Of a DNA stretch of 32,000 bases, positions 8,991 to 23,818 are shown one piece after another; positions within the stretch are counted from its first letter, which is position 1; each line of letters opens with the position of its first letter. Below the pieces are notes generated by a model that saw only the letters and a program-made list of their open reading frames with translations, ran no database searches and was not told the origin of the DNA. The DNA lies in assembly GCF_900105015.1 (NCBI RefSeq), contig NZ_FNLK01000005.1, forward strand, positions 300,001-332,000, read 5' to 3'. Both the position numbers and the translations under genes were made by a program. This DNA comes from Schaalia meyeri (GTDB taxonomy: Bacteria; Actinomycetota; Actinomycetes; Actinomycetales; Actinomycetaceae).

Positions 8991-11518
8991 CAGTCCTGAT
9001 CGTCCAGATCTGCGGTGCTCTCGAGCAGCTCCTCCAGTTCTTCTTCGCCCGGCAAAAAGGCGGGCGTTTCTGCGCCAGGTTCGGGCAAATCGTCAGCATT
9101 TGCGGCCACACCGAAGAAGTCGCTCTCCTCCGACGAAGCGTCCACGACGGCCTCGGGTGCAGTGACGATTCCCGTCGGGTCGTCGTTACCTACGACCGTT
9201 ATGTCGGGGCAAGGGACCGGCGTACCGGCGCCATCTGCGTACTCCCACGCGGCAGCAGCCAACGCGCGGTAGGAATCGATGGAGACGGTCACCGGCTCGG
9301 TAAGCTCCACGTCGTCCAGAGTCAGCGCACCCGAACGAGTGGCCTTAGCGACCTGCGAGACGCCGCACGTCCAGGTTCCATCGCGATGGTGCTTCGGAGC
9401 GGGGTGTGCCTCAAGCAATCCACGCATGTCGATGGCCAGGTAGCTGGGACGCTGGCCTCGCGGCGCTCGGATGACGTCACGCGCCTGGTGAACGCCCGTG
9501 AGGACGTGCATCGCGGGAACGCCCGCCGCGACAGCACCCATGATGTCCGTCTCCAGGCGGTCACCCACGGCCAGCGGGTTGGTGGCACCAACGAGTTCGC
9601 CCGCGCGGCGATAGATGCCGGGTTCGGGCTTGCCACCCGCGGTCGGACGCTTGCGGGTTGCGTGCGTGATCGCCCGGACCAGAGAACCATTCCCGAGCGC
9701 CTGTCCGCGCTCAACGGGAAGCGTTGCATCGAGGTTCGACGCAAAGAAGGCGGCACCCCGTTCGATTGCGAACGCACCCTCCGACAGCAGCGCCCAGTCG
9801 ACCTGCTTGTCGAGGCCCTGCACGACGGCGGCAGGCTCATCGTCGGCGCTATCGACCAGCACGAAGCCGCGTTCTTCGAGGGCAAGGCGCAGTCCGGCGC
9901 CGCCGATAACGAAGACCTTCGATCCTTCTTCGAGTTCGTCGGCCATGATCGCGGCGATATCCATCGCGGATGTCATGATCATGTCGGCGCTGGCCGCGAA
10001 GTCCATGCCATTGAGTTTGTCCGCCACCTGCGCGGGGGTACGCATCGCGTTGTTTGTGACAAAGGCGGAGGCCATCCCCATCTGACGTGCCTCAACGACG
10101 GAAGCAGCTGCATGTTCGATGCGCTCGTCGCCGGACCATGCGGTTCCGTCCAGATCGAGCAGAGCGCAATCGTATTCCTCGGCCAGCGCAGCATCCGAGC
10201 CACGCAGCGGGGAGCGCTTGCGATCGACATCCGCATCCTGGTAGAGGGCGACGTCAATAATGTCGGTGTCCTCGACCGGCGCGGGCATCGCCTCGAGTAC
10301 CTCTTCTGCTTCCTCGCCGCGGCCGAGTTCGGTGAGACGGTCCGCTTTGACTTCCATGAGTCGACGGCGCAGCCCATCGTCAGCGGCTGCCGGCAGGGCA
10401 GCCAGAGCGTCATCGACGATAACCAGGCCCACGTCAGACTGCCCCAGATCGGCACGAGCGCCGGAAGAGACGAGGACAAGTTCAACTTGCTCGGACAGCT
10501 CCAGGCCGGATGCATCGGTCGCTTCGATGACGTCTACTGCCTTCTCGGGATGACCGAGTCCGCGTTCAGAATCCGCCTCAACCGCACGCAGCGACGAGTC
10601 GCCACGCATGCGACGGACGGCCCGGACCTCACGAAGCGCTTCCTCGAAGCGGCCCGAGGCGTACGCCGTCAGCGCAGCGGCCTCACGGACCACGTCAACG
10701 CGGCCAGCGCGAGCAACCGCGGCCTGGGCGTGCTGGTAGGCAGCCTCGGGATCCAGGTCGATCAGCTGACCGGCCATGACAAGGTGGCGTGCAACGATGT
10801 CCCTGTTGGGGCCAGACAGGGTCGTCAGGGCGCGCAAGGCCTCGGCATCGAGTTCATCAGCGCTCACGCCTGCCGGAATCATCGGTTCTTCGCCGTTAGG
10901 AGAGACGTACTCATCCGTTGAAGAATAGTTCTGGTATTTCGCGTCCTTGGAGCCGCCAGACTGACGAGGCCCACGGCCGTCGCGTTCGAAACGACCACCA
11001 CCACGTCGGTCGTCACGACGCTGATAACCACCGCGCCGGTCATCACGATCACCAAAACCGCGCCGATCACCATCACGGCGATCCTCACGGAACCCACCGC
11101 GCCGGTCATCACGATCGAAATGAGCCCCTCGGCCGTCGCGTTCGAAACGACCACCACCACGTCGGTCGTCACGACGCTGATAACCACCGCGCCGGTCATC
11201 ACGATCACCAAAACCGCGCCGATCACCATCACGGCGATCCTCACGGAACCCACCGCGCCGGTCATCACGATCGAAATGAGCCCCTCGGCCGTCGCGTTCG
11301 AAACGACCACCACCACGTCGGTCGTCACGACGCTGATAACCACCGCGCCGGTCGTCACGATCACCAAAACCGCGCCGATCACCATCACGGCGATCCTCAC
11401 GGAACCCACCGCGCCGGTCATCACGATTACCAAAACCGCGGCGCCCACCGTTTTTGTGGTTGTGTTGTTGGTGTTCACCACGGTTGGGGTTGTTGGGTCC
11501 CTGTGTTTGTTGTGCCAT
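8990..11518 (-). CDS. Multidomain protein: Arg/Asp/Gly-rich repeat head + helical (TPR-like?) region + HAD-IIA phosphatase + C-terminal domain with acidic tail
   Basis: 842-aa uninterrupted ORF, with ATG at 11516-11518 preceded by aaaggaacaacacacc. aa 25-185 are DRRGG-type repeats. aa ~215-440 are an Ala/Leu/Glu-rich helical region (similar position to Rv1691). HAD-IIA motifs are present: ALLDLDGTAW (DxDGT), FVTNN, GGKPEPGIY, VGDRLETDIMGA (Rv1692-like). The last residues are EEELEELLESTADLDDQD. Confidence 0.85.
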   Translation of the reverse strand: MAQQTQGPNNPNRGEHQQHNHKNGGRRGFGNRDDRRGGFREDRRDGDRRGFGDRDDRRGGYQRRDDRRGGGRFERDGRGAHFDRDDRRGGFREDRRDGDRRGFGDRDDRRGGYQRRDDRRGGGRFERDGRGAHFDRDDRRGGFREDRRDGDRRGFGDRDDRRGGYQRRDDRRGGGRFERDGRGPRQSGGSKDAKYQNYSSTDEYVSPNGEEPMIPAGVSADELDAEALRALTTLSGPNRDIVARHLVMAGQLIDLDPEAAYQHAQAAVARAGRVDVVREAAALTAYASGRFEEALREVRAVRRMRGDSSLRAVEADSERGLGHPEKAVDVIEATDASGLELSEQVELVLVSSGARADLGQSDVGLVIVDDALAALPAAADDGLRRRLMEVKADRLTELGRGEEAEEVLEAMPAPVEDTDIIDVALYQDADVDRKRSPLRGSDAALAEEYDCALLDLDGTAWSGDERIEHAAASVVEARQMGMASAFVTNNAMRTPAQVADKLNGMDFAASADMIMTSAMDIAAIMADELEEGSKVFVIGGAGLRLALEERGFVLVDSADDEPAAVVQGLDKQVDWALLSEGAFAIERGAAFFASNLDATLPVERGQALGNGSLVRAITHATRKRPTAGGKPEPGIYRRAGELVGATNPLAVGDRLETDIMGAVAAGVPAMHVLTGVHQARDVIRAPRGQRPSYLAIDMRGLLEAHPAPKHHRDGTWTCGVSQVAKATRSGALTLDDVELTEPVTVSIDSYRALAAAAWEYADGAGTPVPCPDITVVGNDDPTGIVTAPEAVVDASSEESDFFGVAANADDLPEPGAETPAFLPGEEELEELLESTADLDDQD
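10975..11427. repeat. Tandem direct repeat, 156-bp unit x about 2.9 copies (coding; 52-aa unit)
   Basis: The string ggccgtcgcgttcgaaacgaccaccaccacgtcgg recurs at 10975, 11131 and 11287. Copies 1 and 2 look identical over all 156 bp. Copy 3 has one substitution (ggtcGtcacg vs ggtcAtcacg) and diverges after catcacgat near 11427. Confidence 0.92.
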
Positions 11519-11845
11519 GGTGTGTTGTTCCTTTGTTCTTGTGTGTCCCTGTCCCCCTGTTTTTGGTTTTTGTGTTGTTTTGGTGTTTCTTTTCTTTGTT
11601 TTGGGGGGTTCCTCGTTGGTTGGTGTGAGGAGTCAGAAAAGAAGAGAGAGGGTGGGGGTGGTGTTTGTTGTGTGTTTCAGTGAATCTATCGTAGTGGAGG
11701 ATCCACGACCCCGCGCGCTCGTGCTCTGGGTGTGCGCGTGGTGTGGTTGTGCGCCCGCTGGTGTTGTGTTGTGTGTGCTCTGGGTTCGCTGTGTTGTGTT
11801 GTGTGCGCTCTGGGTGCGCGTGTTGGTGTGTGTGGGTATGCGGGT

Positions 11846-11888
11846 GCCCCCCACCCTGGTCTCCTGGCTGGGAGGGGGGGTGGGGGGC
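11846..11888 (-). terminator. G/C-run hairpin about 25 nt downstream of 5S rRNA (candidate rrn terminator or processing hairpin)
   Basis: gccccccaccc (11846-11856) is perfectly complementary to gggtggggggc (11878-11888), with an inner ctcc/ggag pair around the loop tggctg. No U-tract follows in the RNA sense, so this is not a classical intrinsic terminator. Confidence 0.35.
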
Positions 11889-11911
11889 GTGTTGTTTTTG
11901 TGTGGTTGTGT

Positions 11912-12030
11912 TGTGGCGGTGTCCTACTCTCCCACGACCTGTCGATCGCAGTACCATTGGCGTTACCGGGCTTAGCTTCCAGGTTCGGAATGTTGCTGGG
12001 CGTTTCCCCGGTGCTATGACCACCACAAAC
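11912..12030 (-). rRNA. rrf: 5S ribosomal RNA
   Basis: The reverse complement reads GTTTGTGGTGGTCATAGCACCGGGGAAACGCCCAGCAACATTCCGAACCTGGAAGCTAAGCCCGGTAACGCCAATGGTACTGCGATCGACAGGTCGTGGGAGAGTAGGACACCGCCAC, which carries the canonical 5S motifs. Ends are accurate to about 3 nt. Confidence 0.92.
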
Positions 12031-12111
12031 TTTGTGTCCAACCTTACCGATCCCGCACGCCACCAACGCTCGCGCGCGTGCGTGGGTGTGCGTGGGGGGG
12101 GTGGGTTGATC

Positions 12112-12227
12112 GTGGTTTGCATAGTGGTTGCGAACAGTTCGCGTATGTGTGTCCCACACGCGCTCCCGCCCCCCCCTTTTTTTTCTGGTGTTCCAGGTGG
12201 GGGTGGGTGTGTGGGGTTTTGTTTAGT
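12112..12227 (-). repeat. 23S 3'-flank arm of a long-range inverted repeat (pre-23S processing stem)
   Basis: gttttgtttagt (12216-12227) is the perfect reverse complement of actaaacaaaac (15354-15365). gtggtttgcatagtggttgcgaac (12112-12135) pairs with gctcgcaaccactatacaaatcac (15392-15415), with 3 differences (two G-U, one A-C in RNA). The repeats bracket the 23S gene exactly as RNase III processing stems do. Confidence 0.75.
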
Positions 12228-17300
<5,073 letters not shown>

Positions 17301-17541
17301 AAAAACAAAACGTCAAAGCCCAGAAAAACCCACCACACAAAAAGGGCAGGCAATCCCAACCAAAAACACTCAAAAACAAAAAACAGGCATAAAAACAAAC
17401 AAACACACTATCGAGTTCACAAACAACACCCACACAATCAAAAACACGCACCACAAGCACGCATCCCCAAAAGGCAAGACCACACCAAACACCAGAAACC
17501 AGACCCACAGCCCAGCACCACCATTCGGCGCAACGGAGAAA

Positions 17542-17571
17542 ACAATACCCACCCCACACACCCAAAGTCAA
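17542..17571 (-). promoter_or_regulatory. Candidate rrn promoter (TTGACT-18 nt-TATTGT on the minus strand)
   Basis: The minus strand reads ggtTTGACTttgggtgtgtggggtgggTATTGTtttc. The -35 is at 17566-17571 and the -10 at 17542-17547, about 245 nt upstream of mature 16S and just downstream of the tyrS terminator. Motif inspection only; other promoters may exist in 17300-17540. Confidence 0.35.
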
Positions 17572-17616
17572 ACCAAACCACCGTAACCTCCACCACACCC
17601 CCACCACACACAACAA

Positions 17617-17654
17617 GAGAGGGGGCGCGCGACCGTAGCCGCGCGCCCCCTCTC
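17617..17654 (-). terminator. tyrS intrinsic terminator hairpin
   Basis: gagagggggcgcgcg (17617-17631) and cgcgcgccccctctc (17640-17654) form a perfect 15-bp GC-rich stem with an 8-nt loop. The hairpin begins 9 nt after the tyrS stop (17663-17665) and is followed in RNA sense by uuguugugug. Confidence 0.7.
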
Positions 17655-17662
17655 TCGCGCAC

Positions 17663-18925
17663 TCAACGCAGTTCCAAGACCGCCAAGTTTTTGCGCCCCT
17701 TGCGAAGGAGAGCCAAACCGCCTGCGAGAACATCGCTCTGGCCCAGAATTGCGTCGGGATCCTCAACCTTAACGTTATTGATGGAGGCTCCTCCGGATGC
17801 GATTGTTCTGCGGGCCGCAGTCTTGCCCTTTTCAAAGCCAAGGGCGACGAGCGCCTCCCAGACCGCGGACGCACCGACAGACACCGTGGCGCGCGGCAGG
17901 TCCGCAGTCGCAGCGGCGAGCGTCGCCTCATCCAGGTCGCGGATGTCTCCTCCTCCCCACAGGGCTTTTGTGGCGCCGAGAACGCGCCGAAGCTGATCAG
18001 GACCGTGCACGAGTTCGGTAACCGCCGCCGCCAGCGCCTTCTGGGCCGTGCGCTGGTGTGGACGCTCGGCAACCTCCACGGCCAGTGCCTCGATTTCTTC
18101 GCGCGGCTTGAAGGTGAAGATCTTCAGGAACCGGACCACGTCCTGGTCAGCCACCTGCAGCCAGAACTGGTAGAAGGCATAGGGCGTCATCATCTCCGGG
18201 TCGAGCCAAATCGCGCCACCCTCCGACTTGCCGAACTTTGTGCCGTCGGCCTTTGTGATGATCGGCGTGGTCATGACGTGGGTGTCGGCGCCCTCGACCT
18301 TACGGATAAGATCGACGCCCCCGACCATGTTGCCCCATTGATCATTGCCTCCCGTCTCCAAGGTGCACCCCTCGCGTCGGTACAGTTCTAGGAAATCGTT
18401 TGCCTGAAGCACCTGGTAAGAGAACTCGGTGTACGAGATGCCTTCGTCGGACGCGATACGGCGCGCAACGATGTCCTTGCCCAGCATCGTACCCACGCGG
18501 AAGTACTTGCCGATCGTGCGCAAAAGATCGATCGCGCTCATCTCCTGCGTCCAGTCGAGGTTGTTCACCATCCGCGCGGCGGCCGGCCCCTCGAAATCGA
18601 GGAAACACGAAATCTGGGCGCGCAGACGGTCCGCCCACCCCTGGACGACCTCCGTGGGTTGCAGCTGGCGCTCGCCGCTCTGGCGTGGATCGCCGATCTG
18701 CCCGGTCGCTCCCCCAACCAAGGCGAGTGGACGGTGCCCGGCGAGCTGGAGGTGACGCATGACGATCAGCTGCACCAGGTGCCCGTGATGGAGGGATGGT
18801 GCCGTCGGATCGTAACCGCAATAGAAGGTGACAGGCCCGGCGGCAAGGTGGGCACGAAGCGCCTCAAGATCGGTGTGCTGCGCGAGCAGCCCACGCCATT
18901 GGAGGTCATCCAGAATATCTGTCAC
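17663..18925 (-). CDS. tyrS: Tyrosine--tRNA ligase
   Basis: 420 aa with HIGH-type (PSLHHGHL) and KMSKS-type (KFGKS) class I motifs, GATGQIGDP, and a C-terminal S4 domain (ASGGASINNVKVEDP). Confidence 0.96.
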   Translation of the reverse strand: MTDILDDLQWRGLLAQHTDLEALRAHLAAGPVTFYCGYDPTAPSLHHGHLVQLIVMRHLQLAGHRPLALVGGATGQIGDPRQSGERQLQPTEVVQGWADRLRAQISCFLDFEGPAAARMVNNLDWTQEMSAIDLLRTIGKYFRVGTMLGKDIVARRIASDEGISYTEFSYQVLQANDFLELYRREGCTLETGGNDQWGNMVGGVDLIRKVEGADTHVMTTPIITKADGTKFGKSEGGAIWLDPEMMTPYAFYQFWLQVADQDVVRFLKIFTFKPREEIEALAVEVAERPHQRTAQKALAAAVTELVHGPDQLRRVLGATKALWGGGDIRDLDEATLAAATADLPRATVSVGASAVWEALVALGFEKGKTAARRTIASGGASINNVKVEDPDAILGQSDVLAGGLALLRKGRKNLAVLELR

Positions 18926-18995
18926 GAAAGTTGTCCTTCCTCGCGGATCCGACTAATTGGTGCGGTGACAGTGTATCGGCTGGGGGCAGGCGGCG

Positions 18996-20462
<1,467 letters not shown>

Positions 20463-21866
20463 TTAAGAGTATTCGAGATGCTGACGCGCCACCGACGGCC
20501 ACACAACGGGAACCTCGCCGCGCACTTTCACCCACGTCGCAATCACGACAAACAGCATCCAATTGCCTTCGAAGAGCAGGCGCGATTCGGTAAAGGACTG
20601 GATAAACATCGCGATCATCAGGACCGCGGGGATAACGTCCCACAGGTTGTCATCAATGTGAGCGACAGCAACTTTCACGACGCGATACAGAGTCCAGGCG
20701 ATCGCTCCGGTAATGATGAACGCGCCCACGAAACCCGTCGTCAGCGCCGCCTCCACGTACACATTGTGCGCCTGGTTCGTCGCCGTACCGTCCGAACGTA
20801 TTACGAGGGAGGCAAAAGGTTCCAGCGAGGTCGGCCATCCGATGAACCAACCCCAGCCCCCGACCGGATGCTCCGCGATAAGGTCCGCCACCCGGTGCCA
20901 GATCACGGAACGGCCACTCATATCCGGGCTGCGGCCGAACGCGTCGGCGATCGTATGCCGTGCAAAGAACGCGCCAATCGCGGCCGCTATCCCCATCCCC
21001 GTGAAGACACCGACGAGGCGGCCCCTCAGGCGTTCGGGGACGCGACGCTGAACGACGAGTCCCACGATAACAAGCAGGCATCCGACGGCGGAGAGCGCGA
21101 CCGTTGCCGACTGCGTCAACAACAGGACTGCCGCGCAAGCCGCGAGCCAGCCGAACGTCGCCAATCGGGAAGTCCGCGTCTGCATGTAGCGCAGGATCAG
21201 GCACACCGCGAGAAGCAGGGCAACAAAGGCCAGTGGATTGCGATTACCGGGGAATCCTTGGATCGGACCGCAGCTCAACAAGCGTCCCTCGATCCAGTAG
21301 TAGGAGGCGGGCAGCGTTCCCCTCCCCCAGTATGTGGGAGGCGCCAACGGCCCTTGACCCGTGAGAGCAACCACGGCCTCGAGAACGAAGGAGGAGCCAA
21401 TGATCCACTGCAGAGCCAGGATTAGTGATTCGACCAACGTGATGAGCGGCAGGGCTACGGCGATAGCTATCGAGACGAGCGTTAGCGCCGCCTGGACGAT
21501 CGAGTATTGCGCGCTGAGAAGCGGCGATACCGACCAGACACACGACAGGGCGCACCAGACGACGAATAGGCACGTCGTCGTTGGAAAACGACGCAGCATG
21601 AGGGAACGACCCGAGATGCGAAAGAGTACGACGAAAGAAACGAGCAGGATGAGCATCGGAACCAGGGAACCGATCTCTCCAAAGATCCCACGGACGCCCT
21701 TTCCGGCAAAGCCGACGAAGAACATCCCCGCGACCGTATAGCGCATCATGCGCTCGCGCAGGGTATCGTCCCGATCGATGCCCGCGGCAGCATCAATCGC
21801 AGCGCTCGCTTCATAGGTCATACACGAAACATTATGCGAGGTGGGTGTACCATTCCCGACGCTCAC
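20463..21866 (-). CDS. Polytopic membrane protein, O-antigen ligase / Wzy_C-like
   Basis: About 10-12 hydrophobic segments. There is a large loop with the pattern SGRSVIWHRVADLIAEHPVGGWGW...(30 aa)...AHNVYVEAALTTGFVGAFII. This matches the R..iW...P..G.G / HN.yl....e.G..G signature of Wzy_C (PF04932) proteins as I remember it. The start is uncertain: GTG at 21866 has a poorly spaced AGAGG, and alternatives are Met16 at 21821 or Met40/41. Confidence 0.6.
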   Translation of the reverse strand: MSVGNGTPTSHNVSCMTYEASAAIDAAAGIDRDDTLRERMMRYTVAGMFFVGFAGKGVRGIFGEIGSLVPMLILLVSFVVLFRISGRSLMLRRFPTTTCLFVVWCALSCVWSVSPLLSAQYSIVQAALTLVSIAIAVALPLITLVESLILALQWIIGSSFVLEAVVALTGQGPLAPPTYWGRGTLPASYYWIEGRLLSCGPIQGFPGNRNPLAFVALLLAVCLILRYMQTRTSRLATFGWLAACAAVLLLTQSATVALSAVGCLLVIVGLVVQRRVPERLRGRLVGVFTGMGIAAAIGAFFARHTIADAFGRSPDMSGRSVIWHRVADLIAEHPVGGWGWFIGWPTSLEPFASLVIRSDGTATNQAHNVYVEAALTTGFVGAFIITGAIAWTLYRVVKVAVAHIDDNLWDVIPAVLMIAMFIQSFTESRLLFEGNWMLFVVIATWVKVRGEVPVVWPSVARQHLEYS

Positions 21867-21920
21867 ACCTCTTGAAACCCAACTGAAACATTCCCTGTGA
21901 GAACTCCCTCAACCACGTTG

Positions 21921-23141
21921 TCAGTAGCCCGTGTTCGCGCCGAAACGCACATCGCGGGCAGCGGCGAGCTTCGACTGCATACCGTAGATGTCGATGAAGC
22001 CCCGCGACGAAGACTGATCGAAGGTGTCACCCGTTTCGTACGTCGCCAAGTTGAAGTCATACAGGGAGGAGGGAGAACGACGCCCATTGACAGTGGCGCG
22101 CCCGCCGTGGAGCACCATGCGAATGTCGCCGCTAACGTATTCCTGCGTGTGCTCGATGAAGGCGTCCATCGACTTTTTCAGCGGCGAGTACCACTGGGCC
22201 TCGTAGACGAGCTCACCCCAGCTCTGCTCAAGCTGGCGCTTGTAGCGGTGCTGCATCCGCTCCAGCGTGACCGACTCAAGCGCCTGATGCGCCTCAATGA
22301 GCGCAACGGCGCCCGGGGCCTCGTAAATCTCACGGGACTTGATACCAACCAGACGATCCTCCACCATGTCGATGCGCCCAACGCCCTGCGCGCCTGCACG
22401 GCGATTCATCTCCTGGATTGCCTCCAAAGGGGTGACCGATCGACCGTCGATCGCCACGGGAATGCCCTTGTCGAACGTAATGACCACTTCGTCGGGTACC
22501 GGCGGGTACGTCGGGTCATCGGTGTAGACGTAGACGTCCTTGGTGGGGGCATTCCACAAATCCTCAAGGAAACCGGTTTCGATGGCGCGGCCCCACACGT
22601 TCTGGTCGATCGAGAACGGGTTGTGCTTCGTGGTTTCGATAGGAAGATTGTGCCTGTCCGCGTAGTCAATCGCGACGTCCCGGGTCAGGGCGAGATCGCG
22701 AACCGGAGAGAGGCAGTCCATGTCGGGCGCCATTGAGGTGATCGACACCTCGAAACGAACCTGATCATTGCCCTTGCCCGTGCAGCCGTGGGCGACGGTC
22801 GTCGCACCAAACTCGCGTGCTGCCTTCACGAGGTGTTTGACGATGACGGGACGGGACAACGCCGACACGAGAGGGTATTTTCCCTCATACATCGCATTCG
22901 CTTTCAGGGCGGGCATGCAGTACTCGGACGCAAACTCATCGCGCGCATCGGCGACGTACGCTTCGACCGCGCCACAGTCAAGGGCACGCTGGCGGATAAC
23001 CTCGAGATCCTCGCCTCCCTGGCCGACGTCGACCGCGACGGCTACGACCTCGCGGCCGGTCCGCTCGCCGATCCATCCAATCGCGACAGAGGTATCCAGG
23101 CCGCCTGAATACGCCAGGACGACACGGTCTTTGCTCGACAT
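21921..23141 (-). CDS. argG: Argininosuccinate synthase
   Basis: N-terminus [24 protein letters not shown] (the [12 protein letters not shown]-PPase motif) and a typical ArgG body. I chose Met34 of the track ORF. The upstream 33 codons begin at a TTG and overlap the argR 3' end. Confidence 0.95.
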   Translation of the reverse strand: MSSKDRVVLAYSGGLDTSVAIGWIGERTGREVVAVAVDVGQGGEDLEVIRQRALDCGAVEAYVADARDEFASEYCMPALKANAMYEGKYPLVSALSRPVIVKHLVKAAREFGATTVAHGCTGKGNDQVRFEVSITSMAPDMDCLSPVRDLALTRDVAIDYADRHNLPIETTKHNPFSIDQNVWGRAIETGFLEDLWNAPTKDVYVYTDDPTYPPVPDEVVITFDKGIPVAIDGRSVTPLEAIQEMNRRAGAQGVGRIDMVEDRLVGIKSREIYEAPGAVALIEAHQALESVTLERMQHRYKRQLEQSWGELVYEAQWYSPLKKSMDAFIEHTQEYVSGDIRMVLHGGRATVNGRRSPSSLYDFNLATYETGDTFDQSSSRGFIDIYGMQSKLAAARDVRFGANTGY

Positions 23142-23202
23142 GTGGGTTCCTTCCAGTTGCGGGTTCATAGTATCCTCTTCGGCTCGTCCGACGAGGCGGC
23201 GG

Positions 23203-23724
23203 CTAGTTTTCGGGCAGGGCGCCGGGTTCTGCGAGGGCAAGGAGCAATCGTTCGACCTCAGCTGCCTCCGTTTCGCTGCGACAAATCACCAGGATGGTGT
23301 CATCCCCGGCGATCGTCCCAGCGATCTCTTCACGCCGGACCGCGTCGATCGAGGAAGCGAGAAGGTTTGCAGCGCCGACCTGGGTACGCAATACCAGCTG
23401 ATGACCGACCTTGACCGACGTCACGAGCAAGAGTTGGCACCAGCGGGCGAGGCGCACATTGGCGGCCTCGGCGTCGTGCGTCGCACCGCCGTCGTGGTCG
23501 GGAACGGTGTAGATGAGCGCGCCGGAGGTGTCGCGTATCTTTGTGGCCCGCAGATCCATAAGGTCGCGCGACAGCGTGGTCTGTGTCACTTCAATCCCGC
23601 GTTGGGCGAGGCGACTCCGCAGCCCTTCCTGGCTGCCGATGGACTCGGAGGCCAGGAGATCGCGGATCATTTCATGCCTGGCACTCTTCGTGCTCGGGAA
23701 CGCTGCTGTCGCACTCATATGCAT
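23203..23724 (-). CDS. argR: Arginine repressor ArgR
   Basis: About 172 aa. The N-terminal wHTH ([43 protein letters not shown]) and the C-terminal oligomerisation/arginine-binding part ([12 protein letters not shown]) are typical. The second ATG at 23716-23718 (MSATAAF) may be the real, leaderless start (see findings). Confidence 0.9.
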   Translation of the reverse strand: MHMSATAAFPSTKSARHEMIRDLLASESIGSQEGLRSRLAQRGIEVTQTTLSRDLMDLRATKIRDTSGALIYTVPDHDGGATHDAEAANVRLARWCQLLLVTSVKVGHQLVLRTQVGAANLLASSIDAVRREEIAGTIAGDDTILVICRSETEAAEVERLLLALAEPGALPEN

Positions 23725-23745
23725 GATTATACATACAGATGCATA
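23718..23745 (-). promoter_or_regulatory. AT-rich island with ARG-box-like palindromes and a TATAAT -10 overlapping the argR start
   Basis: The minus strand reads ATATGCATCTGTATGTATAATCATGCATATGAGT. TATGTATAATCATGCATA (revcomp of 23718-23735) fits the 18-bp ARG box TNTGAATWWWWATTCANW at most positions, with TGCAT arms. A second, weaker box lies at 23728-23745. TATAAT is at 23726-23731. Confidence 0.4.
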
Positions 23746-23770
23746 TCAGCAAGCGGTCGTGCATCAGCAA

Positions 23771-23804
23771 GCAGGCGGGTGAGGCATGCACCTCACCCGC
23801 CTGC
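23771..23804 (-). terminator. Hairpin terminator after the flavodoxin-like gene
   Basis: gcaggcgggtgagg (23771-23784) and cctcacccgcctgc (23791-23804) form a perfect 14-bp stem with loop catgca, about 15 nt after the TAA at 23819-23821. The U-tail in RNA sense is weak (uugcugaugc). Confidence 0.6.
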
Positions 23805-23818
23805 CCTCGAGAAAATCG

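Noticed and set aside
8711-10921. 736-aa plus-strand ORF. Other long plus-strand ORFs are 8188..9165, 19248..20435, 22768..23841, 25102..26151 and 26161..27324. Long minus-strand ORFs are 29094..30107 and 30145..30954.
   Set aside because: All are antisense to genes with unambiguous homology (HAD fusion, tlyA, argH, argG/argR, pheT, map, ppgK). Their products are Arg/Gly/Asp/His-rich with no motifs. Long antisense ORFs are the expected artefact of high GC3 coding sequence.
10975-11427. Possibility that the 156-bp repeats are a CRISPR array or a mobile-element terminal repeat
   Set aside because: The units are directly abutting with no spacers and lie in frame inside a CDS. No cas or transposase genes are nearby.
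10879-11683. Alternative open frames across the 156-bp repeats: His-rich (HHDHQNRADHHHGDPHG..., 10918..11628 +), Thr/Val/Ile-rich (11120..11683 +) and Val/Thr/Gly-rich (10879..11481 -)
   Set aside because: The repeat happens to lack stops in several frames. Only the RG frame is continuous with the HAD domain and has an ATG with an upstream purine-rich RBS-like stretch. The others dead-end in rrn-flanking low-complexity DNA.
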